64,000 bases of DNA from Hemiscyllium ocellatum (Eukaryota), in contig NC_083442.1 in the NCBI RefSeq assembly GCF_020745735.1, positions 29,861,562-29,925,561 of the forward strand, read 5' to 3'. The position numbers and the translations under genes were made by a program. Below, in pieces: positions 12,095 to 22,910 of this stretch. How positions within the stretch are numbered: the stretch's first letter is position 1; each line of letters opens with the position of its first letter. The notes beneath the pieces are model-generated. The model had not been told where the DNA came from, made no database searches, and saw only the letters and a program-made list of their open reading frames with translations.

Positions 12095-12185
12095 TCTTGA
12101 TGAAGGGCTCTGGCCCGAAGCGTCGAATTTCCTGTTCCTTGGATGCTGCCTAACCTGCTGTGTTTTAACCAGCAACACATTTTCA
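12095..12185 (+). mobile_element. Family A' short Penelope-terminus element with a mutated hammerhead core
   Basis: 12-bp TSD cccctcaaagat (12083-12094 and 12186-12197); ttgatgaagggctctggcccgaagcgtcgaat. Confidence 0.8.
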
Positions 12186-12635
12186 CCCCTCAAAGATCAG
12201 CAAAGGCAGCTTTTGTGTGGAGCCACAGGAGATGAGGGAGATATTAAACAAGTACTTTGCATCAATGTTTACTGTGGAAAAGGACATGGAAAATATAGAA
12301 TGTAGGGAAATAGATGGTGACATCTTGAAAGATGTCTGTATTACAGAGAAGCAAGTGCTAGATGTCTTGAAACGCATAAGAGTGGATACATTCACGGGAC
12401 CTGATCAGGTGTATCCTAGAACTCTGTATGAAGTTAGGGAAGTGATTGCTGTGCCCTTTGCTGAGATATTTGTATCATTGATAGTCACAGGTGAGGTGCC
12501 AGAAGACTGGAGGTTGGTTAACGTGGTGCCACTGTTTAAGAAAGTTGTTAAGGACAAGCCAGGGAATGATAGACCGATAATCCTGACGTCGGTGGTTGGA
12601 GGGAATCCTGAGGGACAGGATGTATATGTAGTTGG

Positions 12636-13877
12636 GTAAAAACAATGACTGCAGATGCTGGAAACCAGATTCTGGATTAGTGGTGCTGGAAAAGAACAGT
12701 AGTTCAGGCAGCATCCAAGGAGCAGTAAAATCGACGTTTCGGGCAAAAGCCCTTCATCAGGAATACAGGCAGAGTGCCTGAAGGTTGGAGAGATAAATGA
12801 GAGGAGGATGGGGGTGGGGAGTAAGTAGCATAGAGTACAATGGGTGAGTGGGGGAGGGGTTGAAGGTGATAGGTCAGGGAGGAGGGCGGAGTGGATAGGT
12901 GGAAGAGAAGATAGGCAGGTAGGTCAAGTCATGGGGACAGTGCTGAACTGGAAGTTTGGAACTGGGGTGAGGTGGGGGAAGGGGAAATGAGGAAACTGTT
13001 GAAGTCCACATTGATGCCCTGGGGTTGATGAGTTCCGAGGCAGAAAATGAGGTGTTCTTCCTCCAGGCGTCGGGTGGTGAGGGAGCGGCGGTGAAGGAGG
13101 CCCAGGACCTCCATGTCCTTGGCAGAGTGGGAGGGGGAGTTGAAATGTTGGGCCACAGGGCGATGTGGTTGATTGGTGCGGGTGTTCCAGAGATGTTCTT
13201 TAAAGCGCTCTGCTAGGAGGCGGCCAGTCTCCCCAATGTAGAGGAGACCACAGCGGGAGCAATGGATACAATAAATGATATTGGTGGATGTGCAGGTAAA
13301 ACCTTGATGGATGTGGAAGGCTCCTTTAGGGCCTTGGAGATGAGGGAGATGGTGTGGGCGCAGGTTTTGCAATTCCTGCGGTGGCAGGGGAAGGTGCCAG
13401 GACGGGACAGTGGGTTGTAGGGGTTCGTGGACCCGACCAGGTAGTAACAGAAGGAACAGTCTTTGAGGAAGGCAGAAATGGTTGGGGAGGGAAATATATC
13501 CCTGGTGGTGGGGTCCGTTTGGAGGTGTCGGAAATGTCGGTGGATGATTTGGTTTATGCAAAGGTTGGTAGGGTGGAAGGTGAGCACCAGGGGCGTTCTG
13601 TCCTTGTTACGGTTGAAGAAGTGGGGTTTGAGGGCAGAGGTGCGGGATGTGGACGAGATGCGTTGGAGGGCATCTTTAACCACGTGGGAAGGGAAATTGC
13701 AGTCTTTAAAGAAGGAGGCCATCTGGTGTGTTCTCTGGTGGAACTGGTCCTCCTGGGAGCAGATACGGCGGAGGCGGAGGAATTGGGAATACGGGATGGC
13801 ATTTTTGCAGGTCATAGGGTGGGAAGAGGTGTAATCCAGGTAGCTGTGGGAGTGGGTGGGTTTGTAAAAAAATGTTG
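12636..13877 (-). mobile_element. 5'-truncated, frameshifted Penelope-like retroelement (Neptune-type; RT thumb, Cys linker and GIY-YIG endonuclease)
   Basis: ORFs 13213-13815 and 12929-13561: AIPYSQFLRLRRICS, PLVLTFHP, PCHRRNCKTC, NIIYCIHCSRCGLLYIGETGRLLAERFKEH, PVAQHFN, PQGIN. 10-bp TSD atgtagttgg (12626-12635 and 13878-13887). The 3' terminus matches the family A short elements. Confidence 0.9.
12729..12764 (-). ncRNA. Minimal type I hammerhead ribozyme motif (intact core) in the Penelope 3' terminus
   Basis: Minus strand auuc-CUGAUGA-A-GGGC-UUUU-GCCC-GAAAC-GUC-gauu; stem II pairs; palindromic ACGU replaces stem III, as in Penelope-associated minimal hammerheads. Confidence 0.7.
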
Positions 13878-14028
13878 ATGTAGTTGGAAAGGCAAGGACT
13901 GACTAGGGATAGTCAACATGGCTTTGTGCGTGAGAAATTTGGGATTCTGGATGGTGGTTTTGGGATCAGACTCCGTTTCCCAATGCAGATACAATTGTTC
14001 CTTTGGACCCAACCCTCCCTAGAAGATA

Positions 14029-14187
14029 GTGAGGACTGCAGATGTTGGAGAAGTCAGAGACGATAAAGTGTGGTGCTGGGGAAAAAAACACAGCAGGTCA
14101 TGCAATCCTGATGAAGGGTTAAGCCCAAAACGTCGACTTTCTTGCTCCTCAGATGCTGCCTGATCTGCTGTCGAAAGCTGCACACTT
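14029..14187. mobile_element. Family A fold-back element immediately upstream of the FBXO22 promoter
   Basis: gtgaggactgcagatgttgga ... cctgatgaagggttaagcccaaaacgtcga ... gatgctgcctgatctgctgt. Confidence 0.75.
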
Positions 14188-14245
14188 CATTGACGCCAAA
14201 CCCCTCTACACAGTGTGAGGGTATGATCAGTTCCTTGGTTGGGGG

Positions 14246-14462
14246 CACTTCCGCCCCGCAGGATGCACTTGACTTCCGCCCCGCAGGATGCACTTGACTT
14301 CCGCCCCGCAGGATAGACCATCGCCCCGCAGGATGCACTTCACTTCCGCCCCGCAGACTGGTACGTCATGCCTGCCCACGTGACCGGGCTCAATCCGAGG
14401 CCTCCATCGGAAGCTAGAGGGTCAGTCCGCGGTCTCGCCTGTGACTCTGCGGCTCGGCAGCG
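14246..14462 (+). promoter_or_regulatory. FBXO22 CpG-island promoter with a tandem 25-bp ETS+GC-box repeat, a CRE-like site and an E-box
   Basis: Unit acttccgccccgcaggatgcacttg (ACTTCCG = ETS motif, CCGCCCC = Sp/KLF motif) about 4.5 times at 14247-14356, then tacgtca, cacgtgac and cggaag, directly before the ATG at 14463. Confidence 0.7.
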
Positions 14463-14572
14463 ATGGACATCGCGCACTTAAGGAGCGGGAGCTCGGTCCT
14501 GAGCAACGTGGCGGAGGTGGTGGAACGCATCCTGACCTTCCTGCCAACAAAGTCGCTTCAGAGGAGCGCCAG
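14463..14572 (+). CDS. FBXO22: FBXO22 exon 1 (F-box start)
   Basis: MDIAHLRSGSSVLSNVAEVVERILTFLPTKSLQRSA matches the FBXO22 F-box (VLSNLAEVVERVLTFLP); donor AG|gtaatt, phase 2. Confidence 0.93.
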
Positions 14573-14588
14573 GTAATTACAACGCAAG

Positions 14589-15625
14589 CCCCTCCCCCCA
14601 CACCCCCCACCCCACACAGACACCCCCCCACCCCACACAGACACCCCCATCCCCACACACACCCACCACACCCCCCCACCCCACACAGACACCCCCATCC
14701 CCACCCCCCCCCACACACACCCACCACACCCCCCCACCCCACACAGACACCCCCATCCCCACCCCCCCCCCACACACACCCCCACAGACACCCCCCCACC
14801 CCACACACACACCCCACACCCACCCCACACAGACACCCCCATCCCCACACACACCCACCACACCCCCCCACCCCACACAGACACCCCCATCCCCACACCC
14901 CCCCCACACACACACCCCCACCGACACCCCCCTCCCCACCCCCCCCCACCCCACACAGACACCCCCATCCCCACACACACCCACCACACCCCCCCACCCC
15001 ACACAGACACCCCCATCCCCACCCCCCCCACACACACCCACCACACCCCCCCACCCCACCCAGACACCCCCATCCCCACCCCCCCCCACACACACCCCCA
15101 CAGACACCCCCCCACCCCACACACACACCCCACACCCACCCCACACAGACACCCCCATCCCCACACACACCCACCACACCCCCCCACCCCACACAGACAC
15201 CCCCATCCCCACACCCCCCCCACACACACACCCCCACAGACACCCCCATCCCCACCCCCCCCCACCCCACACAGACACCCCCATCCCCACACCCCCCCAC
15301 ACACACACCCCACACCCACCCCCCACAGACACCCCCACACCCATACACCCACACACCCCCACCCACAACACTCCCCACACCCACACACACCCACCTCTGC
15401 ACTCCCCGCTCCCGCAACCCCCCACATCTGCAACCCCAACCCCCTCACCCTCTTTCCCCCACCATACTCCACTCCCCTACCCCCCTACTCCCCAACTCCC
15501 CCGTCTCCCCCTACCCCCACCACCCTCCTCCACTCCCTTACTCCCCCCCACTCCCTCATCCTCCCCCACCCCCTACTCCCCCCATTCCTCCATCCCCATC
15601 TCCCCCTTCTCCCCCACCCCCATAC
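14589..15625. repeat. C/A-rich minisatellite and low-complexity tract filling FBXO22 intron 1 (G-rich on minus strand)
   Basis: Repeated ccccacacagacacccccatccccacac... units, followed by a cc(c)t-rich tract. Confidence 0.9.
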
Positions 15626-15710
15626 TAAAATACTAAACCACTTATCATATTGAACTGCAAAAGCGAATCTGCCCTAGTGTGTTTTAACACTTTAATAAAT
15701 AATATTTTAG

Positions 15711-15855
15711 GGTATGCAGACTGTGGAGAGACTGTGCACGTAGGGTCATCCGGACACATCAAAAGCTGTCGTGGATCTCCACAAGGGGCCACTCTTATAT
15801 AGATGAGGATGATGGTCATCATTTCCTTGCGAAGAAAATGCTTGTTGACCTGGAG
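15711..15855 (+). CDS. FBXO22: FBXO22 exon 2
   Basis: ttttag|G; VCRLWRDCARRVIRTHQKLSWIS...MLVDLE; donor GAG|gtaaca; 145 nt keeps frame. Confidence 0.92.
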
Positions 15856-16614
15856 GTAACATTTGACAGGCCGAATGGCTTTCTCCAGTGTTGTTCTTAC
15901 TCTATGATGTTTGCTATAAATGTTAGAAGTGTGATGGAGTGAATTCAAAATGACATGAGTAGCGATCTAAAATACCAGTTAGCTACCATAAAGTTGCAGC
16001 AGTGACTTTACTTCACAGTACATTGCTCGTTGTAAGGTGCTTTGGGACATTATGTCGCTGCGAATGTTGTGATAGAATTATTTTGTTTTATCAGCATCTC
16101 TTGTCTTCTTTGTTTCAAGTTGAGATCTGTCCTGTGTCGCTGTGAAGCATTTCAGGACGTTTTGTCTGTATCTAAATACCCAGGGTAGGAAGAACAGTAA
16201 GCTATTTAATACCTCAACCCTGTTCAGTTTAAATACAGCATGGCAGTTTTGTACCACAACTGCATTTACTCATCTTAGTTCTATCGTCTGTCAACAGTCT
16301 TACCCAACAGTTATTTCACCCCCAAACAAGAGAAGAGGAACATTTAGTCTACTCAGTGAAGCCAAGTGTCAATTCCTTAAAACTCTGCTCTCCATCTCCA
16401 TATCTTCCTTAAATCTAACTGCAACCATGCCTTTGTCAATGCTTTCCTCTCTTTGGCCCAGTGTCTATTTTTAGCCTCCATGAATGCCATATGCCTTTCT
16501 GCATGGGAGGTGTTATATTTGTGTTTTTCATTGAATCTTTTGTCATCAATTTCTGTCATAATTTCCAAGTTGAGGGAATAATTTGGCAAAATGAACAGTA
16601 ATGTCTTCAGTGAA

Positions 16615-16842
16615 CAAAGTTTGAAAATCACACAACACCAGGTTGTAGTCCAACAGGTTTAATTGGAAGCACACTAGCTTTCGGAGCGACGCTCCTTCAT
16701 CAGGTGGTTGGTCCCACAACCACCTGATGAAGGAATGGCGCTCCGAAATTAGTGTGCTTCCAATTAAACCTGTTGGACCACAACCTGGTGTTGCGTAATT
16801 TTAACTTTGTACATCCCAGTCCAACACCGGCAACTGTAAATC
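16615..16842. mobile_element. Complete family B fold-back element with two opposed hammerhead cores (FBXO22 intron 2)
   Basis: Inverted arms of about 95 nt; minus core cac-CUGAUGAA-GGAGC-GUC-GCUCC-GAAAGCUA-gug (16675-16703); plus core at 16724-16752 is mutated; TSD atgtcttca(g/a)tgaa at 16601-16614 and 16843-16856. Confidence 0.85.
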
Positions 16843-17479
16843 ATGTCTTCAATGAAGCATTTGAATCAGTTATATCTGTCACAATTTTGCAAAAAATATC
16901 TTTATTTCCCCTCATTGATGTTGAACCACAATCACCAAATTTATTGAGGTCAATTTTCCAAGTTAGCAGTGAAGTAAGGAGGACGAAATGTAATATTGGT
17001 GCTAATTTAGTTGTTAGTTCCAATAACAAGAACCGCTGCCATTCAAAAGTTTCCCACATAGAATTCTATATCCATTGCTGGCAGAGCCATCATTCATTAC
17101 CCATCAATGACTGCCATCACGAAGTTGCAGTAATCTGCCTTTTTAAACTCCAGTCCTCTTTCCAAGCCCCACAGTGCTGTTAGGGATGGAGTTCCATGGA
17201 TTTTGATGTCATGACATTTGAAGGAACAATGACATCTATTCCAAATCAGGATGATACATAGCCTGAGGGGGAACTTGCAGGTATCCCCATACATACGCTC
17301 CCCTCATCCCATTGTGATTGCAGCTTTGTAAGGTGTTATTGAAGGAACCTTGGTAAATTATTACAGTGCATCTTATAAATGGCACACCTTGCTGCCAACC
17401 AGTTGATGGTGGTGGAGGAAGTGAATGTTGAAGGTGGTGGCTAGGTGCTATTCAATTCATGCTGACTACGTTGGAGAGG

Positions 17480-17645
17480 TGATGGCATTGTTAGACTCTT
17501 AATCTAGAAACCCAGGCAATGTTACGGGGACCTGGGTTCGAATCCCACCATGTCAGATGCTGGAATTCAAATTTAATTTTTAAATTCTTGGAATTAAGAT
17601 TATGGTGACCATGAAACCATTGTCAATCTGGTTCACTAATGTACT
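17480..17645 (+). mobile_element. Old tRNA-derived SINE (similar copies near 9290, 45210, 48360, 51290, 54120, 55970 and 58790)
   Basis: B-box-like ggttcgaatccc followed by accatgtcagatgctggaattcaaattt and ctggttcactaatg; subfamily not assigned. Confidence 0.55.
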
Positions 17646-18160
17646 TTAAAATAGTGTTAAACTACTTAAGTGTTATTGTCGTTGCAGCTAACCAGGCTAA
17701 TGGAGACCATTCAGTCACACTTCTACTTGTAGCATGTAGATGGTGGCAAGTTGGTGTCAGGATTTGAGTTACCCGTTGAAGCATTCCCAACCTCTGACCT
17801 GCTGTTCTAGGTGCAATGGTTGGTTCAGTTCAGTTTCTGCTGAACTTACTTTCTGCCGAGAATGGTTATAGGATTCATGTTGTTGTGCATTGATATATTC
17901 TGTGATTAAGATGTAGATGTATTTTAAAGCATCATCTCACTTTAATACCTCACTGTCAGAGGCCAATCAGAATTTAGTTGTTGTAGGTGAAAAGGTTTAC
18001 AGATTGCAAGGAGTTTATCATTTCTTGCTCACAGAACATAAACAGCATGTTTTCTATATAAAGTAATTAACACCCTCAATGAAAATCAGTGAACTCAGTA
18101 ACACCTTTAGAAGTTTTGGCCTTCCCTGTTTCAAATTCAGATTATTTCCATATTGCAAGT

Positions 18161-18890
18161 TGTTATGACACTGGGTAAACACTCCTGCTTAATTTAACCC
18201 AGCAACACAGAAAAGATTCATCCCGTGTAATAATCTGTGAAAGTTCGAGAGGCCAAGAACTATTTAGAGTAAAACTTAACAACTTTATTCTCTGTTATAC
18301 TTTAAGAAATAATTAAGTAACAACTGTTTAAATCTCCTTCCTCTAACCTATCTTTTATCTTCCCTTCTAGAATATTAGTCCAATAAAACCCCGGATTAAG
18401 ATTTACCAAAAATTCAAGTTTTCAAAACCAGCCAGCTATCAGATCTTCTGTTTGGATCTTCCTGTGTCATCTTTGATTCTCCTTAGGGATTATGTCTGAC
18501 AGGTCACTGATTGATAAAGGAACCTTTAAGCGAGCTATTTTCTTGGGAAGTCTCTACATGCTGGTGGTGTGGCAGTTTTCCTCCCAACTGTTCAATTTTC
18601 CCTGGTTTTGTCAACCCCCCCCCCCCCCAAGCATTGGATTGTGTCATTGGCTTTGATTGTCAATATACTCAATTCAAACTTGATTGGAATTTGGTATTTT
18701 TCGGGATATAATTTAAACTGATTGGCCTAATTCAAATCTGTTTTTATCTCCAGGCAACCAGCTACCCTAGCTACCCCAGCAGCTGGACTACTTGTTACAT
18801 TGTATTTTATTCAGAACACTTGATGCTGTCAGGTAGTTCTGCTAGCTTTTAACTCTCTTAAAGGTACTGTACACCCATATCTTCATAACA
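18161..18890. mobile_element. Probable solo LTR
   Basis: Begins TGTTATGA and ends TCATAACA (8-bp inverted termini, TG...CA), 730 bp; no matching TSD visible. Confidence 0.6.
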
Positions 18891-19194
18891 TGGTATATTG
18901 TCTCACATCCGGCTGTTTAAAAATTGGCAATGATTGAATTTCAGTTATTATTAGTTGAACAAAGTAGCTGGCTGGCTTTGAGTCTGTTGTATTCGTGGTC
19001 TGAATGATCCTTGACCCATTCTGACAGTATACTGCTTGACCCAAAAACTGGCAAGATTTGAAATCCAGCAGACTTTGTCCTGAAGTGGGTGGTTTGAGGA
19101 CATTTTACCTGTACTTACCCTGCTAAAGTAAAAGCATTTTGAGTTACTGTTTTGTCTTCCAGTTGTGTTCATAAACTGGTTCCTGTTTGGATAG

Positions 19195-20231
19195 GTGAAA
19201 GTGAGGACTTAAAGTCTGGTTGAAGATTTGTAGCTCGGGTGTCCGTTGTTGTGGTTCTGTTCGCCGAGCTGGAAGTTTTTGCTGCAAACGTTTCGTTCCC
19301 TGGCTAGGGAACATCACCAGTGCTATTGGAGCCTCCTGTGAAGCGCTGCTTTGATGTTTCTTCCGGTATTTATAGTGGTTTGTTCTTGCCGCTTCCGGGT
19401 GTCAGTTTCAGCTGTAGTAGTTTGTATGTGGGGTCCAGGTCGATGTGTCTGTTAATGGAGTTTGTGGATGAATGCCATGCCTCTAGGAATTCCCTGGCTG
19501 TTCTCTGTCTGGCTTGTCCTATGATGGTAGTGTTTTCCCAGTCAAATTCATGTTCCTGGTTGTCTGAGTGTATGGCTACTAGGGATAGCTGGTCGTGTCG
19601 TTTTGTGGCTATGAACATCAGACAACCAGGAACATGAATTTGACTGGGAAAACACTACCATCATAGGACAAGCCAGACAGAGAACAGCCAGGGAATTCCT
19701 AGAGGCATGGCATTCATCCACAAACTCCATTAACAGACACATAGACCTGGACCCCATATACAAACCACTACAGCTGAAACTGACACCCGGAAACGGCAAG
19801 AACATCCATCAACAGACACATCGACCTGGACCCCACATACAAACTACTACAGCTGAAACTGACACCCGGAAGCGGCAAGAACAAACCACTATAAATACCG
19901 GAAGAAACATCAAAGCAGCGCTTCACAGGAGGCTCCAATAGCACTGGTGATGTTCCCTAGCCAGGGAACGAAACGTTTGCAGCAAAAACTTCCAGCTCGG
20001 CGAACAGAACCACAACAAAGTGAGGACTGCAGATGCTGGAGATTAGAGTCGAGAGTGTGGTGCTGGAAAAGCACAGCAGGTCAGGCAGCATCCAAGGAGC
20101 AGGAAAATCGATGTTTCAGGCAAAAGCCCTTCATCAGGAAGGGCTGATGAAGAGCTTTTGCCCAAAATGTCGATTTTCCTGATCCTCGGATGCTACCTGA
20201 CCTGCTGTGCTTTTCCAGCACCACACTCCCA
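19195..20231. mobile_element. Family A fold-back element (TSD tttggatag) hosting a nested inverted Penelope (Poseidon-type) 3' fragment at 19210-20016
   Basis: Outer TSD at 19186-19194 and 20232-20240; inner 12-bp TSD aaagtgaggact at 19198-19209 and 20017-20028; the inner arms encode a GIY-YIG C-terminus (HEFDWENTTIIGQARQRTAREFLEAWHSSTNSINRH). Confidence 0.88.
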
Positions 20232-20288
20232 TTTGGATAGTATGGTTTATTGATTCTCTGACTGTCTTTCTCTCTCTCCCTTGAATAG

Positions 20289-20373
20289 GAAGTGTATGTG
20301 CTGCCAGAGACAGTACTTTATATGGCTGGCACTGATACCTTCAGTGCACAGAGTTCGAACAGGCGGAAGAAAG
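20289..20373 (+). CDS. FBXO22: FBXO22 exon 3
   Basis: aatag|EVYVLPETVLYMAGTDTFSAQSSNRRKK G|gtgaaa; matches the LP.TVLYMA motif of FBXO22. Confidence 0.9.
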
Positions 20374-21010
20374 GTGAAATACAGTTCTTTGAATATAAAT
20401 GTTTTAAAAATTATTTTTTGTATTTAAAATAAATTTTTAAGTTAAGCAGTATAAATAACACGCTTGTTTTAATTGAATTATCAATTAATTTGTATTAAGA
20501 TCTGTGACTTGATCAATTACCCTCATTTATTTTTATGAAAACTTTAATTGGGGTTTTAGTTTACGTTCCATGTGACTTTTCTGTCACCGTTTTCCATCTA
20601 ACTCTTTTTAACCTTTCCTTCTCTTCCCTTCTCCCTTATATTTAATAAGCTTCCCCTCAAACACACTTGCTCTATTTGCCTCAGCCATTCCTTATGTTGA
20701 TGAGTTTCAGGTTTTCATCATCCCCTGGGGTTTGATCTTAAATCCTAATGGCAATTCTTTTTTTCAATGCAATGTTAGACGTTGAGTATCTCACTCCCAA
20801 TAATACCCATTTGCTCAATCCAATGCTGCAGAGCTGTGATTCCTCACAATTTTATTCATGAGATGATAGTGCTAGACAAAAATAAAGAATCCCACGTTGT
20901 AAGGAATCTCATGAATGCATTCTCTAAAGTTACGCCTAATAAAAGCCAAGAAATTAAACCTTGAAAATAATTGCTTAAAATCTGTCTTCGTGCTTCCAAA
21001 CCAAGTTGGA

Positions 21011-21275
21011 GCAGCACGGTGGCTCGGTGATTAGCACTGCTGCCTCACAATGCCAGGGACCTGGCTCCAAGTCCAGCCTTGTGTGGCTGTCTGTGTGGAG
21101 TTTGCACATTTCTCTCTGAGTGCCCTGGTTTCCTCCCAAAAATGTCCAAGGATTGGTCATGGGGAATACAGGGTTAGAGGGATAGGGACTAGGTCTGGGT
21201 GGGATGCTTTTCGGAGGATCGGTGTGGACTCAATGGTCCGAATGACCTGCTTCCACACCATCAGGATTCTATGAT
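21011..21275 (+). mobile_element. HE1-type SINE
   Basis: gcagcacggtggctcggtgattagcactgctgcctcaca ... tgtctgtgtggagtttgcaca ... ggattctatgattcta tail. Confidence 0.8.
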
Positions 21276-21497
21276 TCTAAATGTGTGTGTGTTTATGATT
21301 TATGGCAGTTTCAAGCTATTGGATCGTTTTACGGTTCATTTATAATTCTCCCTGCTTTCTTATATAGGTATAATGTCAAATAGTTTAGTTGTTACTTTCA
21401 CTGTCATTTGCTACTGTCTGTTTTGTTTTCTGTTTTCATGAATATATATATTATACTGATACTTTTCTTACCTTCTTTTTGACTTTGAATGTCTCAG

Positions 21498-21611
21498 AAC
21501 GAAGGGATGGGTTGTCAAAGAGAAGTAAAGCAGCAGAAATGGCAGCAAAATTGGAAAAGCTATTGCCTTTGGAGTGTAAAACGTTGGGGGTCAGTTCCCC
21601 TGGAATTGTCT
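21498..21611 (+). CDS. FBXO22: FBXO22 exon 4
   Basis: ctcag|AA; RRDGLSKRSKAAEMAAKLEKLLPLECKTLGVSSPGIV; T|gtaagt; matches [20 protein letters not shown]. Confidence 0.9.
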
Positions 21612-22069
21612 GTAAGTGGCATCTCTTGTGAGTACCTTATGGCCTGACATTTGTGTGATTGGACAAGGTGATTTGGACTAGAATGAAACTTTGAACAGAA
21701 TCAACATTAAAATCCTTACTCGGGGGAAAAAAAATAAAATTTAACCTGCATCATTCTCCTTTGTGTGAGCGATCTGCTGTAATGTCAGTCACGGGTTGCT
21801 CTTTGTTTCTGCACTTGTATGTTTTGTCCGCATTGAGAGTATTTCCCTACATCTGGGAGCCAAAGATGAAAAGGCATGTGGGTGTGAAACAGATTAAGCA
21901 TAGGTCCAGCGAGCAGATACTTTTTTAGTTAAATTGAAGAAACTGGGACTGCCCTTAGAAGGTTGAGAGGAGACCTGCTGGGGATATTCTTGAGCATGGA
22001 AGAGAAATCGAAAACCAGACACAAAAAGTTAAAGTGAATAGTAAAGAACAAAAGAAGATGAGAGGAAAC

Positions 22070-22910
22070 GCAATCAGAAATGAGTGGAAAATCTCAGCAG
22101 GTCTGGCAGGATCGAAGGAGAGAAATCAGAGTTAACATTTCAGGTCGAGTCACCCTTCCTCAGAACTGATGGTAGCTCGGAAAAAGTTGCTTTTTTGGAG
22201 AGGTTTGGTAGGGGGAATGGGGGTACCTAGTAAATGATAGGTGGAGATAGGGCCCAAAAAAAGAGGAAGGAGTGGATAATGGTCAGCCTACAAGAATGAG
22301 GACAATGGGTAGCTAACAATAGTAGCAGACCATGTGATAACAAGTCCTGGTGTGTGGGGCTGGGGTAAGGAGATGGGAGAAAGTGCCTCATTCTCTAAAA
22401 TTGTTGAACCTGATATTGAGTCCAGAAGGCTGGAGAGTTCTGAAAATGAGGGGTTGTTCCTCTAGTTTATGCTGAGCTTCGCTGGAGCACTGCAGCAAGC
22501 CTGAGACAGAGATGTTGCCCAGGGAACAAGGTGGTGTGTTGAAGTGGCAGGCAACTGGAAGCTTTATCGCAGACAAAATGTAGATGTTCTGTGAAGCAGT
22601 AATCCAGCCTATGCTTCATTTTGCCAGTGTAGAGGGCACCACATTGTGAGCAGTGAATGCAGTACACTAGATTGAGTGAAGTGCAAGTGAAATGCTGCTT
22701 CACCTGGAAGGTGTGTTTGGGCCCTTGGATACTGAGGAGGGAGGAATTAAACGGGCAGGTGTTACACCTGTAGTTGTAGGGGAAGGTATCAGGCTGTGGG
22801 AGGGCATTAATTGTGAAGGTCAAGTGGACCAGGGTGTCCCGCAGGAACAGTCCTTGGTTGTAGAAGGCTGACAAGAGCTGGGAGGGTGTGATGGTAGAAA
22901 CTGGAAGCAA
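22070..22910 (-). mobile_element. Older decayed Neptune-type Penelope element (GIY-YIG) with a family C hammerhead-bearing terminus
   Basis: ORF fragments FTCTSLNLVYCIHCSQCGALYTG, PVACHFN, LEEQPLIF..LQPSGLNI; terminus aguu-CUGAGGAA-GGGU...ACCU-GAAAUGUU-aacu at 22130-22167. Confidence 0.8.

Larger units (their letters stand above)
10150..13937 (+). mobile_element. Compound CR1 (HER1-like) LINE cluster: a host copy (10150-10295, 12041-12635, 13878-13937), a second 5'-truncated copy (10296-12039) and three Penelope-type insertions
   Basis: Fragmented RT ORFs: VPEDWRLANVVPLFKKG, QHGF, GVPQGSVL..LFVIYINDLD, KFADDTK, LYRTLVRPQLEYCVQFWSP; 3' tail ctatgactc ending at about 12039; frameshifts and stops. 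Confidence 0.9.

Noticed and set aside
10374-13815. RT and GIY-YIG ORFs as active genes
   Set aside because: Truncated, frameshifted and interrupted by insertions; these are dead copies.
14247-14356. Short direct repeats that could be mistaken for a CRISPR array
   Set aside because: No unique spacers, eukaryotic context and no cas genes; it is a tandem promoter repeat.
14422-15628. Four long ORFs (282-395 aa; Pro/His/Thr-rich or Gly/Val/Cys/Trp-rich)
   Set aside because: Artefacts of the stop-free C/A-rich minisatellite in FBXO22 intron 1; the true exon 1 is in a different frame and splices out at 14572.
16615-16842. Fold-back elements interpreted as MITEs or DNA transposons
   Set aside because: TSD length varies (7-15 bp), the arms are asymmetric, and the related families A and C match termini of GIY-YIG retroelements, which favours a Penelope origin.
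17520-17560. tRNA-like B box (ggttcgaatccc), also in similar copies elsewhere
   Set aside because: No complete cloverleaf; these are heads of tRNA-derived SINEs, not tRNA genes.
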